49,696 bases of DNA from a virus (taxonomy: Duplodnaviria > Caudoviricetes), in IMG/VR virus record IMGVR_UViG_3300037423_000165, positions 1-49,696 of that record; one strand, given 5' to 3'. Below the pieces are notes generated by a model that was given only the letters and a program-made list of their open reading frames with translations, had not been told where the DNA came from and made no database searches. Shown piece after piece: positions 9,986 through 17,431 of this stretch; within the stretch, counting starts at the first letter, position 1, and each line of letters starts with the position of its first letter. A program made the translations under genes and the position numbers.

Positions 9986-10137
9986 GCCGTCGAGACAGCT
10001 AGGGTTCACTCTTGCAAGCCTCATGGGGAGGTAAGTGAGGGTGAACCCTAATGGTCCCGCAAGAGAAGCCGGAAACGGTAACTCTTGCGGGGCTTAGTCG
10101 TATCTTAATTCTGCGTGGAACAAAAGGGGAACGAGGA

Positions 10138-10155
10138 TTGGCACTTGAGTGCCCA
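10138..10155. promoter_or_regulatory. 18-bp palindromic box, copy 3
   Basis: TTGGCACTTGAGTGCCCA, reverse orientation, one mismatch. Confidence 0.75.
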
Positions 10156-10196
10156 AAACTATAGTCAGCTTTGCTGACGTAACTATAATCGGAATA

Positions 10197-10266
10197 ACTA
10201 GATTTAGGCGGGCGGTGGCCGGTTGAAGCCTCCACTAAAACCCGTCACCGTCCACCTAAGTCTAGT
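10197..10266 (+). ncRNA. Candidate hairpin RNA with anti-RBS loop
   Basis: 28-bp stem (23 Watson-Crick, 3 G-U, 2 mismatches) with loop GAAGCCTCCACTAA; TATAAT at 10184-10189 just upstream. Confidence 0.6.
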
Positions 10267-10295
10267 CCTAGTCCTATAATCAAGTGGAGGTGATT

Positions 10296-10466
10296 ATGAG
10301 AGTTACGGCAAAACAATGGTTGAAGCCCAACAATGGGCATCGCCGTTTCATCCTACCTATTCCTAGAAAGTGTTGGAGGTGCAACGGCACCGGCACGATG
10401 CTGTGGGTGGATTGGTCGCATGGCGTCAACAAACCCATGCCATGCACGGTTTGCAAGAAGAATTAG
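10296..10466 (+). CDS. Small zinc-finger protein
   Basis: CWRCNGTG...CTVC; GGAGGTG RBS. Confidence 0.65.
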   Translation: MRVTAKQWLKPNNGHRRFILPIPRKCWRCNGTGTMLWVDWSHGVNKPMPCTVCKKN

Positions 10467-10477
10467 TGGAGGCTATA

Positions 10478-11116
10478 ATGGGAAAGAAGGGTGGAGGTTC
10501 TTTCTATCGTCCTGTGATGTCGTCATCGGCAGGGATGTTCGCCAAGAAGGGCAATCCTTGGGTAACAAGGAGGGAGGGCGAACGTGACTTCAATCGACAA
10601 GTCGAAGTCGAGAACCCCGACATGGATGCCGATAGGCAGAGGAATGCCCGAATAGAGAAGCAACCGAAGGAGGTTCAGGACCGATTGAAGCGCCTAGACG
10701 TCAAAATGACTATGCGTGAAGCAATCGAGACTGAACGCTCTATCCGGATGGATAGCTATTTCGCCCAGAAGATAGCTAAGCCGAAAGCCGGTGAATGGCC
10801 TAAGGCTGGCAAAGACTTCACAGTTGAGCGTCGCCCGTCGCTGCAACAGCGGTTGGCGAATATCGCGATCAGGACTCGGCGAGAAGTCAATGCACTCGAA
10901 AATTCAAAGAGGACGACGATTGTCTCTGGGCAATCTTTATCTTCTCTAGAGGCTAGGGTTGACGGAACTGCGAAGATAGCTTGTCCTCGCGGTTGTGGGT
11001 ATACCACCCATGACAGCAGAAATATCAGCAAGCATCTTCAGAAATTCAGAAACTCTTGCTGCACTCATACTCGTTGCAACTGCGATGACTGTAAGAGAGC
11101 TCGTAACGAGATTTAG
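10478..11116 (+). CDS. Hypothetical protein with C-terminal Cys/His cluster
   Basis: GGAGG RBS before ATG 10478; CPRGC...H...CCTH..CNCDDC. Confidence 0.7.
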   Translation: MGKKGGGSFYRPVMSSSAGMFAKKGNPWVTRREGERDFNRQVEVENPDMDADRQRNARIEKQPKEVQDRLKRLDVKMTMREAIETERSIRMDSYFAQKIAKPKAGEWPKAGKDFTVERRPSLQQRLANIAIRTRREVNALENSKRTTIVSGQSLSSLEARVDGTAKIACPRGCGYTTHDSRNISKHLQKFRNSCCTHTRCNCDDCKRARNEI

Positions 11117-11149
11117 TGAGCAAAGCTCACACAAATAGTGGAGGCTGTG

Positions 11150-11278
11150 ATGAAACATTACATCGTCGTTCCTAAAAAACTTCTCAAAATAGCCTTGGAA
11201 TGGGAATACCAAAAAGGGCTATTCTTCGATATAGTCGCAACCCATGACAATTTCGGACGTCTGACTCTGTGGGGTTAA
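11150..11278 (+). CDS. Small hypothetical protein (42 aa)
   Basis: TAGTGGAGG RBS; MKHYIVVPKK...LTLWG fills the intergenic gap. Confidence 0.5.
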   Translation: MKHYIVVPKKLLKIALEWEYQKGLFFDIVATHDNFGRLTLWG

Positions 11279-11290
11279 CCATAGGAGGAA

Positions 11291-11797
11291 ATGATGGAAC
11301 TTGAAACTCTAAAGCTCTTATTGGATCGTATCGATGAGTGTGAATATGCAACTCTCGACAGCACTACGTATCCAATACCGGGGCTTCGCAAAGTCACTAC
11401 GGGGACTCGCGTCCTCTTGTTCACAAATAAGAACGGAGTCTCTGGTTATGGCGAAATGGTCAAGCGTCGTCTCATCGAAGCTGGCAAGGACCCCCGTAAC
11501 TTTAGCCTCGGCGATCTTCCTTGGGGCGAGAGAATTCCAAATTCTCCGCTTATCATTTGTCGCGGCAATCATTACCTACAGACAATTGTCCTCGAACCCG
11601 GACAGTCTGTTGGATACGCAGGAAACCGGGAGGTCAATCTTGAAGACTTCGTTACTCCTAGGCGAACAAATCAAGGACTCCCGAAGGGCGATGAAGTCAT
11701 TGTCGCGACGTATCGGCTCGATCACATCGACCGCATCGCGCTTATGGGCGAGGTTCTAGTCGGCAATGCCGTAGGGTTGACGCCTCTAGGGACTTAA
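11291..11797 (+). CDS. Hypothetical phage protein
   Basis: 168 aa ORF with AGGAGG RBS. Confidence 0.75.
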   Translation: MMELETLKLLLDRIDECEYATLDSTTYPIPGLRKVTTGTRVLLFTNKNGVSGYGEMVKRRLIEAGKDPRNFSLGDLPWGERIPNSPLIICRGNHYLQTIVLEPGQSVGYAGNREVNLEDFVTPRRTNQGLPKGDEVIVATYRLDHIDRIALMGEVLVGNAVGLTPLGT

Positions 11798-11806
11798 TTA
11801 CTTAAT

Positions 11807-11824
11807 TTGGCACTTGAGTGCCAA
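11807..11824. promoter_or_regulatory. 18-bp palindromic box, copy 4
   Basis: Exact TTGGCACTTGAGTGCCAA abutting the RBS of the next gene. Confidence 0.8.
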
Positions 11825-11834
11825 GGGAGGTTTT

Positions 11835-12290
11835 GTGGAGAAAGTTCATATCGGGAAGTTCTTTGTGTGGACTAAGGACGGCCGTAGGCCGCGATATGCC
11901 CATGTAACCTATGCCTCGGCCTTGAAAGAGGCCAAGAGGCTTGCAGCATTGAACCCCGGAAAGAGGTTTATTGTTCAAGAGTTCCACGATAAAGTCTTCG
12001 TGGATGTGGAGACGGCGCCTGCCACTGATGGAGAAGTGGCGCTAACGATGGAGAAAGTCATGAAGAAAACTCTTTGGGCCGGTGTCGTAAACGGGCAGAT
12101 CGGGTTCTTCTCTCAGAACCCCGACGGGAACGTCGAAGGACTTCAGGCAAGCCGGAAGTTCTACGTTGAGAACAACACTCTCACCGACGACCAAGGCTCG
12201 ATCCTCGACAACACCGCTCACGGCGGCGGTCAGAACACGACCGACATCGCTCATCAGACCGCAAATAAGGTGTCACAGCCGACGAGTTAA
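11835..12290 (+). CDS. Hypothetical protein; possible internal in-frame start at ATG 12060
   Basis: GGGAGG before GTG 11835; second RBS GATGGAGA before ATG 12060. Confidence 0.6.
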   Translation: MEKVHIGKFFVWTKDGRRPRYAHVTYASALKEAKRLAALNPGKRFIVQEFHDKVFVDVETAPATDGEVALTMEKVMKKTLWAGVVNGQIGFFSQNPDGNVEGLQASRKFYVENNTLTDDQGSILDNTAHGGGQNTTDIAHQTANKVSQPTS

Positions 12291-12375
12291 TTCGGCTGCC
12301 TATCGGTAGAAAGAAACCCGTATTCTCAAACACAGGAGAGGTTTATGAAGTAATTCATTTGCTCTTCTCGCTACA

Positions 12376-12420
12376 GACCCCCTTCGGAGCCTAAAAACTT
12401 CGGAGGGGGTTTTATTTTAA
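12376..12420 (+). terminator. Rho-independent terminator
   Basis: ACCCCCTTCGGAG / CTTCGGAGGGGGT stem followed by a T-rich tract. Confidence 0.85.
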
Positions 12421-12620
12421 GTAGAACGCGATTACACTATTCAGATGGGTGCATAGTCCAACAGGGTCTGGTGATGAAACTAGACGTTAGCTACATCTAT
12501 GCATCCTTCTGAGTAGTGCTTGGGTTACAAAACGGCATGGGCTGCCCCTCTCTTCGCGAGAACCTGCCGTGGCGCTACTCATATCAAGTCAGCTATGCTG
12601 ACGTATTAGTGGAGGAACTT

Positions 12621-12887
12621 ATGTTCAGGCTGTTTTCACGTCAATCACTTCCTATCCATACTCCTGCCACTCAATGGCATGTTCCTTTGGATTGGCGTAA
12701 CAGCTTAACTAAGCCACCTTATTCCATAACAACCTTCTGGGAAGACCTGCCTAGGCATTGCTATGTCTGTGGTTCAGAGACTTCTCATGAGGAACTAGAC
12801 CCGATGTATATCGAAGGCGAGTTTCAGTATATGAAAAGGGTTCAGTTCTGTCCAAAAGGTTGTGGCTTCACAGTTTGGATTGCATAA
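12621..12887 (+). CDS. Hypothetical zinc-ribbon protein
   Basis: GGAGG RBS; CYVC...CPKGC. Confidence 0.65.
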   Translation: MFRLFSRQSLPIHTPATQWHVPLDWRNSLTKPPYSITTFWEDLPRHCYVCGSETSHEELDPMYIEGEFQYMKRVQFCPKGCGFTVWIA

Positions 12888-13005
12888 ACCTTTCGGGCGT
12901 CCCATTAGACAATTTGTCGGGAGCCTTGCTAGCAGCTACCTCCTCCCCGTGCTAGCTCAGGCTTAAAAGACCCGTAATTTCAAGGAGGAGACTTGGGAGG
13001 ATGTA

Positions 13006-13518
13006 ATGTTCAAATTCTTCAACAAACCTCGCGTTTCTCCACTTGAGAAGTGGGCCAACCATAACGCCAAGAAGGCATCTGCCGATGATCTAATCGCGGG
13101 TGCAATCATTGCTTCCTTCGCCAAGGACCACAAGCACTGGAAATTCATCGGCAATTTCAAGCAGGACCATTCTAGCAAACATTACTTCGCATCTACATCT
13201 CTCTCTCGTCAGATGGGCAATAAGAAGCACATCAAGATTGAGTTCTTGTTCAGACATATGGAGTATGAGGAGGGGCATCGCTACCGCGTTTTCGGCTGTG
13301 AAGTCAACGGTGTCAGGATTTCCGACAAAGCCTTCAAGGCTATTCTGACTGCTTGGCAGGGCATTCGAGAGAAGGTCAAGGCAGCCGAAGAAGTGGCAGA
13401 AAAAGCCAAGGCAGAGATGGAGGTCAACGAGACCAAGTGGAACCTTGCCGAAGAGCTTCTAGGCATGAAACGCAACGGACTCGGTGTGCTTATGCCGGTC
13501 AAGACGGCGGAGGAATAA
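13006..13518 (+). CDS. Hypothetical protein
   Basis: 170 aa ORF with GGGAGG RBS. Confidence 0.75.
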   Translation: MFKFFNKPRVSPLEKWANHNAKKASADDLIAGAIIASFAKDHKHWKFIGNFKQDHSSKHYFASTSLSRQMGNKKHIKIEFLFRHMEYEEGHRYRVFGCEVNGVRISDKAFKAILTAWQGIREKVKAAEEVAEKAKAEMEVNETKWNLAEELLGMKRNGLGVLMPVKTAEE

Positions 13519-13785
13519 ATGCTTGATCTAATCATACCTTTGTCAGTTCTTGGACTTGTCTCGTATCTTATAATTGGCGGAGTGACTCACGAATTATCTC
13601 GTGGCCGCTTCGGCAGATACGATGATGATGAGCACATTATCTGTGCTATGTTCTGGCCGATATATCTGCTCTATCTGACGTTCTGCGTCGCCGCAGTCTT
13701 TGCGATTGCTGCTTTCTTCCGACTGATTAGCCGGTTAATCAGGAAGGCTCTTCGTGACGGCGGTAGTGTTAATATCGTAAAATAG
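13519..13785 (+). CDS. Small membrane protein
   Basis: Two hydrophobic segments and an FWP motif. Confidence 0.65.
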   Translation: MLDLIIPLSVLGLVSYLIIGGVTHELSRGRFGRYDDDEHIICAMFWPIYLLYLTFCVAAVFAIAAFFRLISRLIRKALRDGGSVNIVK

Positions 13786-13795
13786 GGAGGTCAAT

Positions 13796-14026
13796 GTGTT
13801 CTTCATTTACTGTTTTCTGGCCTTCCTGGGCTATGTCTTCTCCTGCGTGATCGCAGATAAGGTCATGAGGTGGATGGGGTTCGAAAATCCTGAACTTGTG
13901 CCGGTGTTCTGGCCACTTGCATTGGTGGTCGCAGTTGCAATTGTCCTTCCTATTTGTGCTATGCTTTGGTTGGTCAATGATCTGCCGAAGAAACTGAAGA
14001 AATCGGACGCGAGTATCGTCAAATGA
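13796..14026 (+). CDS. Small membrane protein
   Basis: Two hydrophobic segments, FWP motif, GGGAGG RBS. Confidence 0.65.
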   Translation: MFFIYCFLAFLGYVFSCVIADKVMRWMGFENPELVPVFWPLALVVAVAIVLPICAMLWLVNDLPKKLKKSDASIVK

Positions 14027-14289
14027 ACACCATCGACCGCATAAATCGGCTCATCGGCCAGACGCCACTAGGCTCTGTAAGGGTTGGCGCGGGGTCGAGG
14101 CTTCATTCGATCCTCAATTCTATCGATAGCGCCATTGGCGCGGATACCGAATGGGTTAGAAAGGACAGTTGCCGCTGCTCGGCGCACATCAACGGAGCCT
14201 GCGGAAATAGGCGCGCCGTTGGCGCTCGTGTCAAAATGCTCGAAGAAATTACAGCTCTGAACGACTTAAAGCAGCAATTTGCTGTTTAG
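14023..14289 (+). CDS. Hypothetical protein
   Basis: ATGA overlap with the upstream stop. Confidence 0.6.
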   Translation: MNTIDRINRLIGQTPLGSVRVGAGSRLHSILNSIDSAIGADTEWVRKDSCRCSAHINGACGNRRAVGARVKMLEEITALNDLKQQFAV

Positions 14290-14299
14290 AGTTCTGTAA

Positions 14300-14317
14300 T
14301 TGGCACTCAAGTGCCAA
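14300..14317. promoter_or_regulatory. 18-bp palindromic box, copy 5
   Basis: Exact copy upstream of the gamma-glutamylcyclotransferase gene. Confidence 0.8.
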
Positions 14318-14334
14318 AGTGTGAAGAGGTAGCC

Positions 14335-14781
14335 ATGCTTAAGAACGATCTACTTTTCGTTTATGGCACTTTGCGGGCAGGGGAGCGGATGGATATCAGA
14401 AACCAGAAGCTAAACGCCGAGGTGACATTCATTAGCAAAGACAAGATTAACGGGAATATGTATCACCTAGGGACATTTCCCGGAGTAAAAGAAGTTAACA
14501 GTCGCTTCGACCCCAATGATCCGATTGTCATTGGGGAGGTATTTAAGATACGCGGTTCTTCTATCATCGCCATCTTGGATGCCTACGAAGGCTACAATGC
14601 AGACAATCCATCACTCGGTCTTTATGACAGATGCCAAGTGATGACCGAGCGAGGGAGGTTAGTTTGGGTTTACACCTTCAACGGCATGGTGTTGCCAGAG
14701 CAACGCATCGAGAGCGGAGATTGGTGCCGCAACAGAGAGACCTTGGGCTCTGGCCGCAGCCTGTCCGCGTGGGGCCGGTAA
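14335..14781 (+). CDS. Gamma-glutamylcyclotransferase (AIG2-like)
   Basis: LFVYGTLR, GEVF, LDAYEG, Y-x-R, WVY and I-x-SGDW motifs. Confidence 0.92.
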   Translation: MLKNDLLFVYGTLRAGERMDIRNQKLNAEVTFISKDKINGNMYHLGTFPGVKEVNSRFDPNDPIVIGEVFKIRGSSIIAILDAYEGYNADNPSLGLYDRCQVMTERGRLVWVYTFNGMVLPEQRIESGDWCRNRETLGSGRSLSAWGR

Positions 14782-14941
14782 GACCGGAGATAACGCAGAA
14801 GCTCATAAAAGAGCTGCTCGAGGATAGGATGCTTCATGCGTCGTTACTTAGCAAGTCTGACGACCCGAAGATGTCACACGCTGCTGCTATGGTGTTCTTC
14901 ACCCTTCAAGCACTGCAAAAAGAACTGACGAGGAGGTTACG

Positions 14942-15346
14942 GTGAGGATTTCATTACATGGTGGAGATTGCTGCGGCATCAAGCATATTCATAATCTTGG
15001 ATACTATCCTCACGTAGGAATTGCATCAAGACGGGCTCTTCCAGTGAATACGTCGTTCGGTCAGAAGGCGGTGCGATCCGTCAATGACATGCGACACGCT
15101 AACAAGAAGGCTGATTGCGATTTCTACAATCTCTCTGCTCCTGTTGAGACTTACGAGAAACGTTTCAAGCGTTTCGTTTCCTTCATCAAGGAGCATCGAG
15201 AGCATGGAATTATTGAAGTCACCATCAATATCTTTTCACAAAAAGCATGGAAACCTGTTCTAAAGGAACAGGGGTTTAAGACGGTGTCTTCTGGAAATAA
15301 CTCTAACACCGGTAATATAATCGAAATCTGGCATCTGGTTTATTAA
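14942..15346 (+). CDS. Hypothetical protein (CC motif; GNAT-like C-terminus)
   Basis: GAGGAGG RBS before GTG; DCCG...WKPVLKEQGF...NNS. Confidence 0.65.
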   Translation: MRISLHGGDCCGIKHIHNLGYYPHVGIASRRALPVNTSFGQKAVRSVNDMRHANKKADCDFYNLSAPVETYEKRFKRFVSFIKEHREHGIIEVTINIFSQKAWKPVLKEQGFKTVSSGNNSNTGNIIEIWHLVY

Positions 15347-15378
15347 GGCGTGAGCGAAGCTCAGTTTAGGGAGGTTGT

Positions 15379-15639
15379 ATGGCTACTAAGAAAACAGTTA
15401 CACCGAAGAAAAGAATGCCGCCGAAGATAGTTATCTGTGACGAGCAAGGGCATATGATTGCAAAGGGTGTTTCTGAACAAATGGCTCTCGAAGCTGCTGC
15501 TAAATTGGTTCAACCCCATCATAGTAATGGGCATGGAAGTGGATATCCATTCGTCGGTATCTATCAACTTGTGAGCGTCGTTCGCCGGAAGACAGCGCCG
15601 GTAGAAATCGAAGAAATTTCATGCTGTAGGGAGAAGTAA
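15379..15639 (+). CDS. Hypothetical protein
   Basis: GGGAGG RBS, 86 aa. Confidence 0.65.
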   Translation: MATKKTVTPKKRMPPKIVICDEQGHMIAKGVSEQMALEAAAKLVQPHHSNGHGSGYPFVGIYQLVSVVRRKTAPVEIEEISCCREK

Positions 15640-15640
15640 G

Positions 15641-16420
15641 ATGGAAGTATTACGTTTTGGAAGCACAATTCCGGGGGGTTACTGGGGCTGTTGCGCCGGT
15701 GATATCATCCAGAACTGCAAAGTCGATCCCGATGCACAAGCGAGCATCTCACTCGTCGATGGTGACGGCGGCGTCTTCATGCAGAAGTTTCTCGGAAAGA
15801 CATTCCGGGAGATTTTCGAGAGCCGTCTTCGTATCGGGACATTCTCGACACGGGACATGCCTAACCATTTCTTCCTTGTCGTCCTCGAAGCCAATCAGAT
15901 TTCGGGCGGCAATGGCGCGAAGTGGCTGGCTATCCTCAAGGAACATGGCTTCGAGTTCATCAGAACGGTCAATAACTCCGTCTGGAACAAGAACAACTAT
16001 GTCTTCGGCCTGTTCCGCAACACCGGCCCGAACGCCGTCAAGGACCAGTTCACGCCGCCGCAGGCGTGGCTCGATCTTCCGAGCAACGGCAAGAAGGAAC
16101 TTTATGAGTTCCTTTCGACCGCTGACCGCAAGAGCCTGACAGAAAACTACGCCAAGGTGGATCAGAAGGTCTGGGACAAGGTCGGTCCGGCGAAGCTCTA
16201 TTCACAGCAGGAGCTCGAAGAAGCAGGCGTTCCTATCACGCTCGCTGCGATAAGGACTCCGTTCCCGCCGCAGGGACCGACTGCCCGTGCCAAGGCTATC
16301 GAGCAATTTCAGAAGGGCGCCGGAGAAGGCAAGCAGCCGAATACCCACAACACCGGCACTACCGGCGAGGTCATGCCGAAGTCCAAGGTGACGGCAACTC
16401 CGCCTGCCACCAAGGCATAA
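15641..16420 (+). CDS. Hypothetical protein (CC motif; GNAT-like segment)
   Basis: 259 aa with strong codon bias; GCCA...WLAILKEHGF...NNS. Confidence 0.75.
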   Translation: MEVLRFGSTIPGGYWGCCAGDIIQNCKVDPDAQASISLVDGDGGVFMQKFLGKTFREIFESRLRIGTFSTRDMPNHFFLVVLEANQISGGNGAKWLAILKEHGFEFIRTVNNSVWNKNNYVFGLFRNTGPNAVKDQFTPPQAWLDLPSNGKKELYEFLSTADRKSLTENYAKVDQKVWDKVGPAKLYSQQELEEAGVPITLAAIRTPFPPQGPTARAKAIEQFQKGAGEGKQPNTHNTGTTGEVMPKSKVTATPPATKA

Positions 16421-17200
16421 GAGCACGCAGGGTCGCGCCCTGCTATTTTAGTGCTTTGGAGGATGGCAAAGGCAGTAGCCAAGTAGGGCTAATTACCCTC
16501 GCGGCAAAACCGGATAAAGCCTGACAGAAAGAAAATGAGCACCGAGCGGGTGCAAGGCCCGCACAGTTTTCAGTTTCGGGGGTAGCGACGGCGGGGTAAG
16601 GTGCCTGTCCGCAGCCCAAATTTCGGCAAGCAAGTTACAGACTGATGTAACCTGAGTCTGACTAGTGCTCGCTACCTCCGAATTTCTTTTCAGATAAACT
16701 AGCCAGACCCCGAGGCCGCCTTCTAAGAGAAGAGGGTTCGAGTCCCTCTCGCCTCTGAGCCACCTTCGAACCGGGCTTCATCTAGCCCTGTGGTATCAAT
16801 TGAAGTGTCTGGCAATGCACTGCCCTGACAAACTGACGAGGTCGCACCGTAGGCGGATAAGTCAGCGCGTCTGGTAGATAAGTCATCCGGCCTTCACCGG
16901 CCCGCGCCCCTGCTGACTTCGCAAGGCGTCATAGTTCCCGATTTCTCTCGAAAGCCCTTTGTCACCTAGCAAGTGACGCACACAGGGGTCCAAGATTGTT
17001 TGTCGGATTGTGTCTATGACACGAGTTTCATGCTCTCCGCATGATTTCGTAGTAGGGAAAGGTAACCGGCAGAGGTGTTCGCCGTAGTAAGCGACGGAAT
17101 GTCTGGCTAGTTCATCCGCCCGTCTATACGGCGGGCTATGTGTGGGGGGCAAGGCTCTCCATCGGCTACGTCCCCCACACCCCCTCACTCTTGATGGAGA
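16421..17200 (+). ncRNA. Candidate large structured non-coding RNA(s)
   Basis: No credible ORF; long-range helices 16575-16588/16669-16682 and 16693-16708/17101-17116; many internal hairpins; tRNA-like T-arm at 16731-16749. Confidence 0.6.
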
Positions 17201-17206
17201 AGAGTT

Positions 17207-17431
17207 ATGGCAGGATATGTCACAAAATGGATACCCCCCTCCACTATCGATGACTTCATGTATGAGGTCCAGTGGAACCTCTGGGCGGGGGAGAAAGAAC
17301 GTGCGAGGCGTCAAATTCTCTGGATAATGGATCGATACTTAGGAGACGACAATGAAGAAGCCCCCGTCAGCAAAGGCCAAGGCCGCGAAGGCGAAAAGGG
17401 AGAAAATCACAGGGAATGTCACATCGGGTGA
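17207..17431 (+). CDS. Hypothetical protein
   Basis: GATGGAGA RBS; overlaps the next ORF. Confidence 0.5.
   Translation: MAGYVTKWIPPSTIDDFMYEVQWNLWAGEKERARRQILWIMDRYLGDDNEEAPVSKGQGREGEKGENHRECHIG

Noticed and set aside
16590-16662. Group I intron core (CCGCAGCC and CAGACT...AGTC resemble Q/R/S elements)
   Set aside because: There is no room for P3/P8 between the P7-like strands, and no flanking gene appears interrupted.
16712-16762. tRNA gene (TTCGAGT T-loop, CTTCTAA anticodon-like loop)
   Set aside because: Only 13 nt separate the putative acceptor strand and the T-arm, with no D-arm or proper anticodon stem. Kept as a tRNA-like subdomain only.
16833-16866. Hammerhead ribozyme (CTGACGAG)
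   Set aside because: No stem II closed by GAAA follows; CTGAC pairs with GTCAG instead.
16693-17116. RNase P RNA or tmRNA
   Set aside because: Size and closing helix are suggestive, but GAGGAAAGUCC and ACAGAACCCGGCUUA (RNase P) and an alanine acceptor stem with CCA (tmRNA) are absent.
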